Source of the DNA: an uncultured Eremococcus sp.
Lineage (GTDB): Bacteria; Bacillota; Bacilli; Lactobacillales; Aerococcaceae
Assembly: GCA_943914835.1 (NCBI GenBank)
Contig: CALUDO010000001.1
Location: 125,608 to 189,607, forward strand
Reading direction: 5' to 3'
Length of the DNA: 64,000 nucleotides
The position numbers were made by a program, and so were the translations under genes. The notes beneath the pieces are model-generated. The model made no database searches. It was not told the DNA's origin and saw nothing but the letters and a program-made list of their open reading frames with translations. The stretch's first letter is position 1. The number at the start of each line of letters is the position of its first letter. This document shows positions 40,709 to 51,511 of the stretch, piece after piece.

Positions 40709-41359
40709 TTATAGCTTTTTATGGATAGCCAAGTTAACTAAGTGATTTGCTAACCATTCATTTCGAACGAGTAAGGGTCCGTGGAAATAGGAGGCATAGG
40801 TGTTTTTGTAATGAAGGCCTTCAGTTTGATCTTGGTTATTATTACCGCAACCTTTAAGCACGCGTCCTAAGGGTTTTAAACCTTCTGCTAAAAAGGTGAC
40901 TCCGTTATGATTTTCAAAACCCTGGTAGACTTGGTCATTGACTTCATCATAAATCTCAACTTCACCTATAAAACGGGAATTGATTTGACGTTCTGTATAG
41001 TGGGGAAGAATGCCAGTCCCTAAGAGTTTTTCTCCGGCGGCGTTTACATAGTATTGTCCTAGGAGTTGGTAGCCACCACATATTGCTAAGAGGACCCCTT
41101 CATCTTCAATATATTTTTTGAGATCTTCTTTAATGCGTTGAATATCCTGGGCAACAATCTTCTGCTCAAAATCTTGACCACCACCAAAGAAGACAAGGTC
41201 ATAATCTGTAGCTTGGAAGGAGTCCTTTAAAGAAACGATGTGTGTTGTTACTTGGTAGCCAGCTTTTTTGGCATAGTGTTCAAGTAAGAGGAGATTGCCA
41301 TTATCCCCATAAGTATTTAGTAGATTGCCATAGAGGTGGCAAATTCTTATTGTCTTCAT
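40709..41359 (-). CDS. gatD: Lipid II isoglutaminyl synthase, glutaminase subunit GatD (CobQ/CobB-type GATase)
   Basis: 216 aa. The catalytic Cys sits in LLAICGGYQLLG. It is paired with murT. Confidence 0.85.
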   Translation of the reverse strand: MKTIRICHLYGNLLNTYGDNGNLLLLEHYAKKAGYQVTTHIVSLKDSFQATDYDLVFFGGGQDFEQKIVAQDIQRIKEDLKKYIEDEGVLLAICGGYQLLGQYYVNAAGEKLLGTGILPHYTERQINSRFIGEVEIYDEVNDQVYQGFENHNGVTFLAEGLKPLGRVLKGCGNNNQDQTEGLHYKNTYASYFHGPLLVRNEWLANHLVNLAIHKKL

Positions 41360-41369
41360 TACACGTCTC

Positions 41370-42710
41370 CTATTTTTTTAAGTAGCCTTGGTCAATGAGG
41401 TATTTTCTTAAATCTAGCATAGCTGTATAGGTCGCTAGAATATGTATATTGGGGCTTTGACTCTCTTTGATGGCCTGAACCAGGTCTTGGTTGGAAGTAA
41501 CTTTGAGGATGGGCTCTTTATCTAAGCCAGCAATTTCAAGCCGACGGGTCATTTCATCCACCTTCATGCCAGATGTGATTACTTTCTCAATTGGAAAGTT
41601 GACCATATCTTCAAAATGACCATCCCAAATCCAGGAAACATCTGTTCCATCAGCATATTGATTATTTAGGATAGTGACTAAGCTAAAGGGAGTTTGATCA
41701 ATTGCCATGAGGTCGATTACCTGATTTAAGCCCACTGGATTTTTAACTAAGTTAAGGAGGACTTTATGACCATCAATTTCAAAGACTTCCTGACGTCCAA
41801 AGACCCGCTGTGCTCGAGTAAAGCCTCGTTCAATTTCTTGGGGAGTGAGGCCGAAGAAGGTGGCTAGGCTAAAAGCAGCCAGCGCATTATATATGTTATA
41901 GACGCCGGCTATTGGAATGGAGAAGGGGTGGTGGTCAATTTCAAAATCGGATCCTTGTAAACTTTGGTCCAAGATAGCTGTAACAGTATTATCTAAAGGA
42001 GGACGCTTGAAGTCACAGTAGGGGCAAGTATATTTACCTAGGTTAGCATAGGTTAGAGACTTATAGTCAAGGATATTCTGACATTTGGGACATAAGATGC
42101 CATCAGTGTTTGAAGCTGGAGTGACATCTTGGTCAGGTCCAGTCTCGAAACCATAGAAAAGTCGAGGATTATCCAAGGGAATAGAATTTAGGATGGGGGA
42201 GTCCCCGTTACTTATGACTGTGGCCTCGGGAACCATTTGGGCGGCGTCAGCCATTAGTTTATATATAGAGTAAATTTCACCGTAACGGTCCATTTGATCA
42301 CGGAAAACATTCGTATGGAGAAAAACTTTCGGTTGAAGTGCCTTGACCACATGCTTGAGAGAACCTTCATCAATTTCTAGAATCGCTATTCCCTTTTGAC
42401 CTGGCTGGGGTTGTTTAGCATCTAAGAAGACCGACACAATTCCTTGGCGCATGTTGGACCCGGTTGGATTGGTTAGAACCATATCATATTTCTCTTTAAG
42501 GGCTTGTACTGTAAGAGCAGTCGTTAAGGTCTTACCGTTGGTACCAGTAATAACAGCCACATCGTAATTTTTTGCTAAATTTTCTAAGATATTGGGGTCA
42601 ATTGTCTCGGCGAGTTTACCTGGAAGACTAGACCCCCCCTGGGTAAAGGTAGTTAATCCCCACCGACTCAGACGGCCAATCCCCCTTGCAAGTTGACTCT
42701 TGAATGTCAT
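41370..42710 (-). CDS. murT: Lipid II isoglutaminyl synthase MurT (Mur ligase family + DUF1727)
   Basis: ITGTNGKTLTT P-loop and a C-terminal DUF1727 domain. ATG 42710 follows GGGAGGA. The ORF-track TTG 42725 is an alternative start. Confidence 0.85.
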   Translation of the reverse strand: MTFKSQLARGIGRLSRWGLTTFTQGGSSLPGKLAETIDPNILENLAKNYDVAVITGTNGKTLTTALTVQALKEKYDMVLTNPTGSNMRQGIVSVFLDAKQPQPGQKGIAILEIDEGSLKHVVKALQPKVFLHTNVFRDQMDRYGEIYSIYKLMADAAQMVPEATVISNGDSPILNSIPLDNPRLFYGFETGPDQDVTPASNTDGILCPKCQNILDYKSLTYANLGKYTCPYCDFKRPPLDNTVTAILDQSLQGSDFEIDHHPFSIPIAGVYNIYNALAAFSLATFFGLTPQEIERGFTRAQRVFGRQEVFEIDGHKVLLNLVKNPVGLNQVIDLMAIDQTPFSLVTILNNQYADGTDVSWIWDGHFEDMVNFPIEKVITSGMKVDEMTRRLEIAGLDKEPILKVTSNQDLVQAIKESQSPNIHILATYTAMLDLRKYLIDQGYLKK

Positions 42711-42877
42711 ATAGGTTCCTCCCAACTAATTTTCATGTAGTATCATAGCAATTCTTTGACTAAAAATAAAGAGACTATCTTTGCAGAAGCCGTAGAGAAG
42801 AGTGAAGTCTAGATTGACGACAGGCTTTTTCTATTCTATTATTAATGGTTGAAGGCAGCAGAATAAAGGAGGATACA

Positions 42878-43450
42878 ATGGCGAAGTTATATTTTAAATA
42901 TGGGGCTATGAATAGTGGGAAATCAATTGAGATTATTAAAGTAGCTCATAACTATGAAGAACAGAACAAACCTGTAAAGATTTTCACTTCCATTGTTGAT
43001 AACCGTTCAGGACAGGGTAAAGTGGCCAGTCGTGCTGGTTTTGAGCGAGAAGCGACTCCTATTGATGATCAAATGAATGTCTTTGAACTTGTCAAAGCCT
43101 CTCAAGAAGAACTCTTTTGTATCCTTATAGATGAGGCTCAATTTTTAAATAAAGAACATGTTCTTCAACTAACGCATATTGTGGACGATTTGAATATTCC
43201 GGTGATGTGCTTTGGCTTAAAGAATGATTTCTCAAACGAATTGTTTGAAGGGTCTAAATATCTCCTGCTTTATGCTGACAAAATTGAAGAAATTAAGACA
43301 ATTTGCTGGTTCTGCCACCGTAAGGCATCAATGAACTTAAGGATTGCAAATGGTAAACCAGTTTATCAAGGGGAACAGATTCAAATTGGAGGCAATGAAT
43401 CTTACTTGCCTGTTTGTCGCAAGTGTTATTTTCACCCTAAATTGACCTAA
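42878..43450 (+). CDS. tdk: Thymidine kinase
   Basis: [17 protein letters not shown]-loop and a C-terminal zinc ribbon (CxxC...CxxC). ATG 42878 follows AAGGAGG. Confidence 0.9.
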   Translation: MAKLYFKYGAMNSGKSIEIIKVAHNYEEQNKPVKIFTSIVDNRSGQGKVASRAGFEREATPIDDQMNVFELVKASQEELFCILIDEAQFLNKEHVLQLTHIVDDLNIPVMCFGLKNDFSNELFEGSKYLLLYADKIEEIKTICWFCHRKASMNLRIANGKPVYQGEQIQIGGNESYLPVCRKCYFHPKLT

Positions 43451-43481
43451 CTATTCCCTTAACTTAATAAGGAGGAAACAC

Positions 43482-44561
43482 ATGTTTGAACAATTAGATA
43501 GTTTGTTAATTCGGTATGATGAGGTTAATGAGCTTTTGGCTGATCCAACTGTTATTGCCGATACCGATCGTTTACGTGAATTAACCATCGAGGAGGCAGA
43601 TTTAAGACCAAAAGTTGAGAAGATTAAGCGGTTTAAGGAAGTTGAAGAGGAAATTGAAGCGACGGAAGTCATGCTAGATGAAGAATCGGATTCAGAAATA
43701 TTAGCAATGGCTAAAGAAGAATTGACCAGTCTAAAAAATGAGGATGAAGCTCTCCAGGAAGAAATTCGCTTAATGATGATTCCTGAAGATCCTAATGACG
43801 GCAAGAACATTATAATGGAAATTCGAGGAGCCGCTGGTGGAGACGAAGCTCAATTATTTGCTGGTGATTTATTGAATATGTATACCAAATATGCTGATAA
43901 GCAGGGGTGGAAAACAGAGGTCTTAGATGCCAATATTACTGGAATTGGTGGCTACAAAGAAGTGACCCTAATGATCTCAGGTCATAAGGTCTATAGCAAG
44001 TTGAAATTTGAAAATGGGGCTCACCGAGTGCAAAGAGTTCCTCAAACTGAATCTCAAGGACGGGTCCATACTTCTACTGCAACGGTTGTGGTTATGCCTG
44101 AAGCAGAAGAGATAGACTTCGAATTAGATGATAACGATATTCGGGTAGATATTTACCATGCTTCTGGTGCGGGAGGACAACACGTCAATAAGACGGCATC
44201 CGCCGTTCGCTTAACCCATATTCCTACGAATACGGTAGTTGCTATGCAGGATGAACGGTCCCAATTGAAGAACAGGGAAAAGGCTATGAAGGTCTTAAGA
44301 GCCCGAGTCTACGACCAGGTTCAAGCAGCTGCTCAGTCTGAATACGATAGCGAGCGGAAGTTAAAGGTCGGAACGGGTGACCGATCAGAAAGAATCCGGA
44401 CCTATAATTTCCCTCAAAGTCGAGTAACTGATCACCGGATTGGTTTGACTTTACAGCAATTAGATTCTGTCTTGGCAGGAAATCTTGATGAGATTATTGA
44501 TGCTCTCATTCTATACGATCAATCTCAAAAATTGGAGGAATTAAATGGACCCGATATGTAA
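43482..44561 (+). CDS. prfA: Peptide chain release factor 1
   Basis: GGQHVNKT motif and a PxT-type domain. Confidence 0.95.
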   Translation: MFEQLDSLLIRYDEVNELLADPTVIADTDRLRELTIEEADLRPKVEKIKRFKEVEEEIEATEVMLDEESDSEILAMAKEELTSLKNEDEALQEEIRLMMIPEDPNDGKNIIMEIRGAAGGDEAQLFAGDLLNMYTKYADKQGWKTEVLDANITGIGGYKEVTLMISGHKVYSKLKFENGAHRVQRVPQTESQGRVHTSTATVVVMPEAEEIDFELDDNDIRVDIYHASGAGGQHVNKTASAVRLTHIPTNTVVAMQDERSQLKNREKAMKVLRARVYDQVQAAAQSEYDSERKLKVGTGDRSERIRTYNFPQSRVTDHRIGLTLQQLDSVLAGNLDEIIDALILYDQSQKLEELNGPDM

Positions 44562-45411
44562 GGGGAGTCTGGCCGAAGCGATTCAAGCAGCTTCGGCTTT
44601 TTTGGAGCAAGCGGGCTTTGATGAACCTGGCCTTGGCCAACGAATTTGGTTAGATTATAAGGACTGGACATTAAATGAAATGGTAGCAGAGCTTCATGAA
44701 GATATTAGTTCAAGTGACTTCAAAACCTACATGGACCTAGTTAAAAAGGTGGCCCAGGGGCACCCCTTGGCATACTTGCTTAATCGAGCATATTTCATGG
44801 GAGATTGGTTTAAAGTCACAAGTGACACCTTAATTCCCCGTGAAGAAACGGCAGGGATCCTCCACTTAGCTTTGTCCAAATTAGAAAATAGACCCCCTCA
44901 TCGTATTCTAGATGTGGGAACTGGGTCTGGTATCCTGGCTATAAAATTAGCCCAGCATTTTCACCAAAGTCAAGTATGGGGGACGGATATTTCAAAGAAG
45001 GCCTTGGCCGTAGCTCAAGTGAATAGTGAAAATTTAAAGCAGAGCGTAACCTGGATTGAAAGTGACTTATTTCAACAAATACCTGACTTAGAATTTGACC
45101 TTATTGTATCCAATCCCCCTTATGTAGCTTATGAAGAGTTAGAACTTATGGATGTTTCAGTAGTAACTTATGAACCCCACCAAGCCTTGTTTGCAGATAA
45201 TGAGGGTCTTAGCATTTATCAAGCCATGGCTCAAGAAGTTAATTCCTATCTTAAATCAACAGGAATTATGATTCTTGAGATTGGTTACCAACAAGGACAA
45301 GTGGTTCAGACCATTTTCCAGCAAGTATTTCCCAAGCGTGAAGTTACATTACACCAAGATTATAATGGTTTGGATCGATATGTATTAATAGAAGAGGAAA
45401 GTGATTGTTAA
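44545..45411 (+). CDS. prmC: Release-factor glutamine N5-methyltransferase
   Basis: VGTGSG motif and NPPY. Confidence 0.85.
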   Translation: MDPICKGSLAEAIQAASAFLEQAGFDEPGLGQRIWLDYKDWTLNEMVAELHEDISSSDFKTYMDLVKKVAQGHPLAYLLNRAYFMGDWFKVTSDTLIPREETAGILHLALSKLENRPPHRILDVGTGSGILAIKLAQHFHQSQVWGTDISKKALAVAQVNSENLKQSVTWIESDLFQQIPDLEFDLIVSNPPYVAYEELELMDVSVVTYEPHQALFADNEGLSIYQAMAQEVNSYLKSTGIMILEIGYQQGQVVQTIFQQVFPKREVTLHQDYNGLDRYVLIEEESDC

Positions 45412-46448
45412 TGATAGATAGGGTTGATACTCAAGTTTTTGACCGTCACCGTTTAAATCAAGCAGCTCAGGCTTTAAAAGAAGGGAAACTGGTTGCCTTT
45501 CCAACGGAGACTGTTTTTGGATTAGGAGCGATTGCCAATAATGAGCAGGCGGTTCAATCAGTCTTTAAGGCTAAAGGGAGACCTTCTGATAATCCTTTGA
45601 TAATTCATGTGTCCTCCATTGCCAGTGTCTATCGATTCGCTAAGGAAGTCACTCCTCTAGCGGATACCTTGATGAAAAACTTCTGGCCAGGTCCTCTCAC
45701 GATTATATTTCCGGTAGAAGAAGGTGTCTTTGCTCCTAGCGCAACAGCCCACCACTTAACAGCAGGTATGCGGATGCCGGCGCAAATGGAGACGCTCCTA
45801 ACAATTGACCAAGTTGGATTTCCAATTGTAGGACCGTCAGCTAACTTATCAACCAAACCGAGTCCAACTTCCTTGGATCATGTTCTTCATGATTTTGATG
45901 GAAGAATAGCGGGAGTCATCGCAAATTCTAAGGACTTGACCGATATTGGGGTTGAATCTACAGTGGTTCTTCCCTTAGAGGACCGGATTGAAATATTGCG
46001 TCCGGGTGCCATTACCAAGGAGATGTTAGAAGAAACAACGGGTCTCCCTGTAAGAGAAGCGACAGCTGAAGATCAACTGAATCATCCTGAACTTATGAGT
46101 CCTGGTGTGAAATATAGGCATTATAGTCCCAAACAGGCTGTTTATATGGTTACAGCCAAGCATGAATTAAGTGACTGGGAAAAATTATTAGATGAGGAAA
46201 GACAGAAAGTCGGTCTTTTGGCGGATAATCAAGTTGTGGCGAAATTTTATAATCATCCTAAGGTGACTCAAACTTATGCCCTAGGTGAAATAGGAGACGC
46301 TCAGTCCGCTGCCCGTCATCTCTTTGATGGCTTAAGACGTTTAGAGATGACAGATTGCCAAGTAATATATGCACAAGGATATGGTAGGCAAGCAATTGGA
46401 GGAGCTTATATGAATCGTCTATCTAAAGCCGCTTCATCTATGCTATAA
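45405..46448 (+). CDS. tsaC: L-threonylcarbamoyladenylate synthase (Sua5/TsaC long form)
   Basis: YrdC-domain PTETVFGLGA motif plus a C-terminal Sua5 domain. Confidence 0.85.
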   Translation: MLMIDRVDTQVFDRHRLNQAAQALKEGKLVAFPTETVFGLGAIANNEQAVQSVFKAKGRPSDNPLIIHVSSIASVYRFAKEVTPLADTLMKNFWPGPLTIIFPVEEGVFAPSATAHHLTAGMRMPAQMETLLTIDQVGFPIVGPSANLSTKPSPTSLDHVLHDFDGRIAGVIANSKDLTDIGVESTVVLPLEDRIEILRPGAITKEMLEETTGLPVREATAEDQLNHPELMSPGVKYRHYSPKQAVYMVTAKHELSDWEKLLDEERQKVGLLADNQVVAKFYNHPKVTQTYALGEIGDAQSAARHLFDGLRRLEMTDCQVIYAQGYGRQAIGGAYMNRLSKAASSML

Positions 46449-46569
46449 TGAATTTCAAAAAGATGATCAGATTTCCTGTATTGCTTTGGTAATAATGAAG
46501 CGTATAGGTTTGCTGCTAAACATAGGCAGACTGATAATGTGATTAATTATTTAATAGGAGGAATAAATA

Positions 46570-47208
46570 ATGGCAAAATTTCAAGTCGTAGACCATCCCT
46601 TAATTCAACACAAATTAACTTTGATTCGTGATAAAAATGCCTCAACTAAGGTTTTCCGTGAGGTTACAAATGAAATCGCCATGCTTATGGCTTATGAAAT
46701 CACCCGGGACTTACCATTGGAAGATATTGAGATTGAAACACCCCTAACTAAAACAGTTCAAAAACAAATAGCCGGTAAGAAGTTAGCTATAGTACCAATT
46801 CTTAGGGCTGGCTTGGGTATGGTAGATGGAATCTTGAGCCTAATCCCTGCAGCTCGAGTAGGGCATATCGGAATGTATCGAGATCCAGAGACCTTAGAAG
46901 CAGTAGAATACTTTGCAAAATTCCCCTTAGATATTGAAGAGCGCCAAGTCTTTGTCGTTGATCCTATGTTAGCCACAGGTGTATCAGCTATTGCAGCCTT
47001 GACCCAATTGGTCAACAAGTATCAGGTGCCTCAGGATCATATCACTTTTGTTTCTTTAGTAGCAGCTCCTGAAGGAGTAAAAGCTTTGCAGGATGCCTTT
47101 CCTGAAGTTGATTTATATACAGCTGCTTTGGATGAGAAATTGAATGATCATGGCTATATTTTGCCTGGCTTAGGAGATGCTGGTGACAGGATTTTCGGAA
47201 CAAAGTAA
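46570..47208 (+). CDS. upp: Uracil phosphoribosyltransferase
   Basis: 212 aa, canonical Upp (..[11 protein letters not shown].. PRPP-binding motif). Confidence 0.95.
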   Translation: MAKFQVVDHPLIQHKLTLIRDKNASTKVFREVTNEIAMLMAYEITRDLPLEDIEIETPLTKTVQKQIAGKKLAIVPILRAGLGMVDGILSLIPAARVGHIGMYRDPETLEAVEYFAKFPLDIEERQVFVVDPMLATGVSAIAALTQLVNKYQVPQDHITFVSLVAAPEGVKALQDAFPEVDLYTAALDEKLNDHGYILPGLGDAGDRIFGTK

Positions 47209-47225
47209 TCTAGTAAATAAGGCCT

Positions 47226-48485
47226 ATGGTAAAAAATACGACATTCTCTGGTTTTTATAAACGAACGATTAAAGAAAAACAGGAACTCATTGAAAGTATT
47301 ACTGGACAAGCCCTCGATGAAGGACTTGTTTTAAAGCCAGATATTGCTAATCAGATGATTGAAAATTACGTATTGAACTATGAACTTCCATTGGGAATTG
47401 CCCCCCATTTAACGATTAACCATCAGGATTACCTAGTCCCCCTAGTTATAGAAGAGCCTTCGGTAGTAGCGGCTCTAAGCAGGGCAGGTCAGGAATTCAC
47501 TTCCATCGAAACCCAATATAAAGATAGATTTATTGTGGGACAAATAGTAGTAAATCAAATCGTCGATTTTGAACAAGCTCAGGCGACCATACTAGACCAT
47601 TATGACCAACTCCTAGACCAAGCTAAGTTAGCTTATCCTTCCATGGTGGAGCGTGGTGGCGGACCCCAGAACTTGTGGACACAGATCTATAGAAAAGAAA
47701 ATCAAGATTTTCTTACTGTATATCTTAGTTTTGATCCTTGTGAAGCCATGGGAGCCAACGCCTTAAATACGGTGCTTGAGTCCTTAGCAGGGATAGTTGA
47801 AACCCTAACAGGTGGCCGGGTCCTTATGAGTATTCTATCTAATCATTCCAGTGATTCATTAGTCCGAGCTAGGGTTACAAAACCTATTAAGGAATTGATG
47901 ACAAATCTTGAAGAAGGTCATAAACTGGCAAAGCGTATTTGCCAAGCATCATCTTACGCTGATGTCGATATATATCGGGCGACGACACATAATAAAGGGA
48001 TTATGAATGGAATTGATGCCCTGGCTCTAGCGACGGGAAATGATTGGCGGGCGATTGAAGCTGCTGCTCATAGTTTTGCTGGTAGGGGGCCTGGTTATCA
48101 AGCCTTAACTCGATGGTGGATCGAGAGAGATTGTCTTCTGGGAGAAATTGAACTTCCTATTCCAACGGCTACAGTGGGTGGTACCTTAAACTTACATCCT
48201 TTAGCTCAGTGGAGCCTTGATCTCTTAGGACGACCTTCAGCCAAAAAACTCGCAGAAATTATGGCAGCCGTAGGCTTAATGCAAAATTTTGCAGCTATTA
48301 GAGCCCTGGTGACCGATGGCATCCAGAAAGGACATATGCGGATGCAAGCAAGAAGTTTGGCTATCCAAGTAGGTGCTAAACCTAAGGAAGTAGATGCCTT
48401 GGTCCAAGACTTATCCAAACTAGGGAAGATGGACCGAGCTCATGCTCGATCTTTACTAAAGACGATGCGGGCTTCAAAGCCATAA
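47226..48485 (+). CDS. mvaA: Hydroxymethylglutaryl-CoA reductase (class II)
   Basis: 419 aa; EAMGANALNT catalytic motif. Confidence 0.85.
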   Translation: MVKNTTFSGFYKRTIKEKQELIESITGQALDEGLVLKPDIANQMIENYVLNYELPLGIAPHLTINHQDYLVPLVIEEPSVVAALSRAGQEFTSIETQYKDRFIVGQIVVNQIVDFEQAQATILDHYDQLLDQAKLAYPSMVERGGGPQNLWTQIYRKENQDFLTVYLSFDPCEAMGANALNTVLESLAGIVETLTGGRVLMSILSNHSSDSLVRARVTKPIKELMTNLEEGHKLAKRICQASSYADVDIYRATTHNKGIMNGIDALALATGNDWRAIEAAAHSFAGRGPGYQALTRWWIERDCLLGEIELPIPTATVGGTLNLHPLAQWSLDLLGRPSAKKLAEIMAAVGLMQNFAAIRALVTDGIQKGHMRMQARSLAIQVGAKPKEVDALVQDLSKLGKMDRAHARSLLKTMRASKP

Positions 48486-48501
48486 AGAAAGGTGGGATGA
48501 T

Positions 48502-49662
48502 TTGACGCAAATTGGAATTGATAAGATGGGGCTTTATGTTCCCCAGTATTACCTTGATTTGAAGGACTTGGCTCACGCTAGAGGGGAAGACCCAGATAAA
48601 TTTATCATAGGAATTGGCCAAGACAAGATGGCCGTTCCTTCCTTGTATGAGGATGTGGTTAGTCTAGCTGCCAATGCCGGATCTTTGATCTTGTCTGAAG
48701 GTGACCGAGATCAAATAGACCAAGTTTTTGTAGCAAGTGAATCTGCTTTTGACCAGTCTAAGTCACTGGCCTCCTACCTGGTGGATTTATTAGACCTTAG
48801 ACCCCATACCCGAGTGGTCGAATTTAAACAGGCTTGCTATTCTGGGACTGCGGCCCTGCAGCTCGCCTGTGATTATGTTAGCCGGAGGCCTAGTCGGAAA
48901 GTTTTAGTAATTACAAGCGATATTTCTCGGTATGGCTTAGCAAGTCCTGGTGAAGTGACTCAAGGCGCAGGATCTATTGCTATGATTGTTAGTCAGGATC
49001 CCGGTATCCTAGCTCTTGACAAGGAGGCAGTCTATTTAAGTGAGAACGCTTATGATTTCTGGCGTCCATCTTATTTAGACCATGCTTTGGTAGATGGCAA
49101 GTTTTCTACGGAACTTTATTTGTCCTTCTTCCGACGTTTATTTAAGGACTATCAACTGACTTATCCCAAAAGGGTGAGTCAGACTCGGTCTCTGCTATTC
49201 CACCTTCCCTTTACTAAAATAGCTAGCAAAGCCTACCGAACTATTGAAGACCTAGTCGACTCAGATTTATTAAACGAATGGCAGTCCTTTTTGCCAGCCG
49301 CAACCCATCTAAATCGGAATGTAGGAAATATATATACGGGTTCTCTATATATGAGTCTGGTGTCTTTACTAGTCTATGCTGATAATATAAAGGCAGGCGA
49401 TCATTTAACATTATTCTCATATGGTTCAGGAGCAATGGGAGAACTCTTCAGTGGTCAAGTTCAGAAAGACTTTAGAAAAAAACTTAGCCAAGTCAATCAA
49501 GCGGTCCTAGACCATAGATTGCAAATGAGCGTGAAAGACTATGAAGAAAGTTATTTATACCAAATGAATTACTTGAGTGATTCCTTTACTCCACCTTCCT
49601 CCTTTAAGGGATACTACCTAAAAGAAGTAAATCATCACCAAAGAAATTATGGGTATCGTTGA
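48502..49662 (+). CDS. mvaS: Hydroxymethylglutaryl-CoA synthase
   Basis: TTG start after AAAGGTGGG. The N-terminus MTQIGIDKMGLYVPQYYLDLKDLAHARGEDPDKFIIGIGQDKMAV is typical of MvaS. The catalytic Cys lies in FKQACYSGTAAL. Confidence 0.9.
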   Translation: MTQIGIDKMGLYVPQYYLDLKDLAHARGEDPDKFIIGIGQDKMAVPSLYEDVVSLAANAGSLILSEGDRDQIDQVFVASESAFDQSKSLASYLVDLLDLRPHTRVVEFKQACYSGTAALQLACDYVSRRPSRKVLVITSDISRYGLASPGEVTQGAGSIAMIVSQDPGILALDKEAVYLSENAYDFWRPSYLDHALVDGKFSTELYLSFFRRLFKDYQLTYPKRVSQTRSLLFHLPFTKIASKAYRTIEDLVDSDLLNEWQSFLPAATHLNRNVGNIYTGSLYMSLVSLLVYADNIKAGDHLTLFSYGSGAMGELFSGQVQKDFRKKLSQVNQAVLDHRLQMSVKDYEESYLYQMNYLSDSFTPPSSFKGYYLKEVNHHQRNYGYR

Positions 49663-49689
49663 GGCTATAGCTTTAATACTGATAGATTG

Positions 49690-49724
49690 ATCTCCTTCTC
49701 ATTAATGAAAGGAGATTTTTTATC
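49690..49724 (+). terminator. Intrinsic terminator after mvaS
   Basis: ATCTCCTT-N11-AAGGAGAT followed by TTTTTTAT. Confidence 0.8.
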
Positions 49725-49882
49725 TTATTTTTGTTATGATATTGCCTTGAGAATGTAAGAAGTTGGTATGAAGGCACAGAGTCAATGTTTTATGCGGGGA
49801 CTTTCAAATAACTTTTTGAAACTTTTATTTGAAACCTCTCTGGTTTGTGCTATGATAATTTTGAACTGGTGGGTGATGAATA

Positions 49883-50113
49883 GTGACAACATTTTTCGGT
49901 ATGGCAGTACTGGTTGTTCGTATTTTATTTGTGCTTTTAAGCTACCAAGTCTTAGAGAAGTTTAATTGGGCCTTTTTCTTTACTAAGGAAGACCAAGCAA
50001 GCGCTAAGATTTTATGCGGTTTATTAAGCATAGGTTTAGGTCATCTGGTAAGTTCATTTTTTATCGAGATCATTGAAACACTCCGCCAGATGGTGATGAG
50101 TCAGTTTCTCTAA
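49883..50113 (+). CDS. DUF1146 (YwzB-like) small membrane protein upstream of murA
   Basis: 76 aa with two TM helices. GTG start after GGTGGG. Same position as B. subtilis ywzB relative to murAA. Confidence 0.5.
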   Translation: MTTFFGMAVLVVRILFVLLSYQVLEKFNWAFFFTKEDQASAKILCGLLSIGLGHLVSSFFIEIIETLRQMVMSQFL

Positions 50114-50174
50114 ATATAATATGATTAAACTTGTCGTTGGCTCCAAAACGATGAGTCAAAGGGGATTTAATGGA

Positions 50175-51482
50175 ATGGAAGAAATTATTGTACAAGGTGG
50201 CAACCGTTTACAAGGAGCTGTAAAGGTTGAAGGTGCTAAGAATGCTGTCTTACCGATTCTAGCTGCAACAATTTTAGCAGAGTCAGAAAAGGTTCACCTG
50301 AGCAATGTACCTGTTTTATCTGATGTACACACTATTAATGAATTATTAACGAATATAGGTGTCTGGAATCAATTCAATGAAGCGACCAAGGAAATGGTTT
50401 TAGATGCCACAAGGGATGTTCAATCAGTCGCTGATTATGACTTTGTTAGTAAAATGAGGGCATCTATTGTTGTAATGGGGCCACTACTAGCTCGCTTTGG
50501 TCATGCAAAAGTAGCTTTGCCTGGTGGCTGTGCCATTGGAACAAGACCGATTGACCTACATTTAAAAGGGTTTGAAGCCCTTGGGGCACAGATTAATAAA
50601 CAAGCAGGCTACGTTGAAGCTAGCTGTGACAAGTTGGTGGGTAGTCGGATATACCTTGACTTCCCAAGCGTGGGCGCAACTGAGAATATTATGATGGCAG
50701 CGGTTCTTGCAGAAGGAGAGACAATTCTAGAGAATGTGGCTCGGGAGCCTGAAATAGTAGATCTGGCTAACTTCTTAAATAAGATGGGAGCCAAGGTATC
50801 TGGGGCAGGGACTGAGATTATCCGGATTCAAGGCGTTGACCATTTACACGGAACGAGACATTCGGTCATTCCTGACCGAATAGAAGCGGGGACCTTTATG
50901 GTCGCAGCTGCAGTTACACAGGGGGATGTCTTTATTGAAGGAGCTATCCGTGAACATAATCGGCCTTTAATTAGTAAGCTGACTGAAATGGGTGTTATTT
51001 TTAATGAATTTGAAGATGGCATTCAGGTTATAGGACCAGAAAGCTTAAAGGCAACGGATATTAAAACTTTACCTTATCCAGGTTTCCCTACAGATATGCA
51101 AGCCCAGATGACTATTGCCCAATTATTGGCAGATGGTAGCTCTGCTATTACGGAGACAGTTTTTGAAAATCGCTTTATGCATTTAGAGCAATTGCGACGG
51201 ATGGGTGCCCAGTTTACAGCAGATCGGCAAACGGCTATCTTATATGGACCTACTGAATTTACGGGAGCCAGTGTTCAAGCAACCGATTTAAGAGCAGGAG
51301 CTGCTTTGATTATAGCTGGTTTGACAGGGAAAGGATTGACTCGGGTATCTAAATTAGAATATTTGGATCGGGGTTATTATCAGTTCCATCTCAAATTGAG
51401 CCAGCTAGGTGCTGACATTGAGCGTGTAAATATTCAACCGATTAAAGCAGATCAAAGCTTAGCCCTAGCTGGTCAAGCTTAA
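50175..51482 (+). CDS. murA: UDP-N-acetylglucosamine 1-carboxyvinyltransferase
   Basis: [31 protein letters not shown]...; catalytic Cys in [15 protein letters not shown] 50175 is the probable start; the ORF track starts at 50121. Confidence 0.9.
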   Translation: MEEIIVQGGNRLQGAVKVEGAKNAVLPILAATILAESEKVHLSNVPVLSDVHTINELLTNIGVWNQFNEATKEMVLDATRDVQSVADYDFVSKMRASIVVMGPLLARFGHAKVALPGGCAIGTRPIDLHLKGFEALGAQINKQAGYVEASCDKLVGSRIYLDFPSVGATENIMMAAVLAEGETILENVAREPEIVDLANFLNKMGAKVSGAGTEIIRIQGVDHLHGTRHSVIPDRIEAGTFMVAAAVTQGDVFIEGAIREHNRPLISKLTEMGVIFNEFEDGIQVIGPESLKATDIKTLPYPGFPTDMQAQMTIAQLLADGSSAITETVFENRFMHLEQLRRMGAQFTADRQTAILYGPTEFTGASVQATDLRAGAALIIAGLTGKGLTRVSKLEYLDRGYYQFHLKLSQLGADIERVNIQPIKADQSLALAGQA

Positions 51483-51511
51483 AACCAACTGAGTTTAAGT
51501 GTGAATGGAGT

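Noticed and set aside
43451-43810. 119-aa Ser-rich ORF antisense to prfA
   Set aside because: Low-complexity mirror image of the Glu/Lys-rich region of RF1. It has no SD and no independent signals, and lies wholly within a highly conserved gene.
46449-46569. Possible PyrR binding loop or other attenuator upstream of upp
   Set aside because: No PyrR-box-like sequence or terminator/antiterminator pair could be recognised. It appears to be only a promoter/SD region.
49768-49965. 65-aa ORF overlapping the mvaS-murA intergenic region and the ywzB-like gene
   Set aside because: It overlaps the better-supported DUF1146-like gene (SD plus TM helices, conserved position) in another frame and spans the promoter region. 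Likely spurious.
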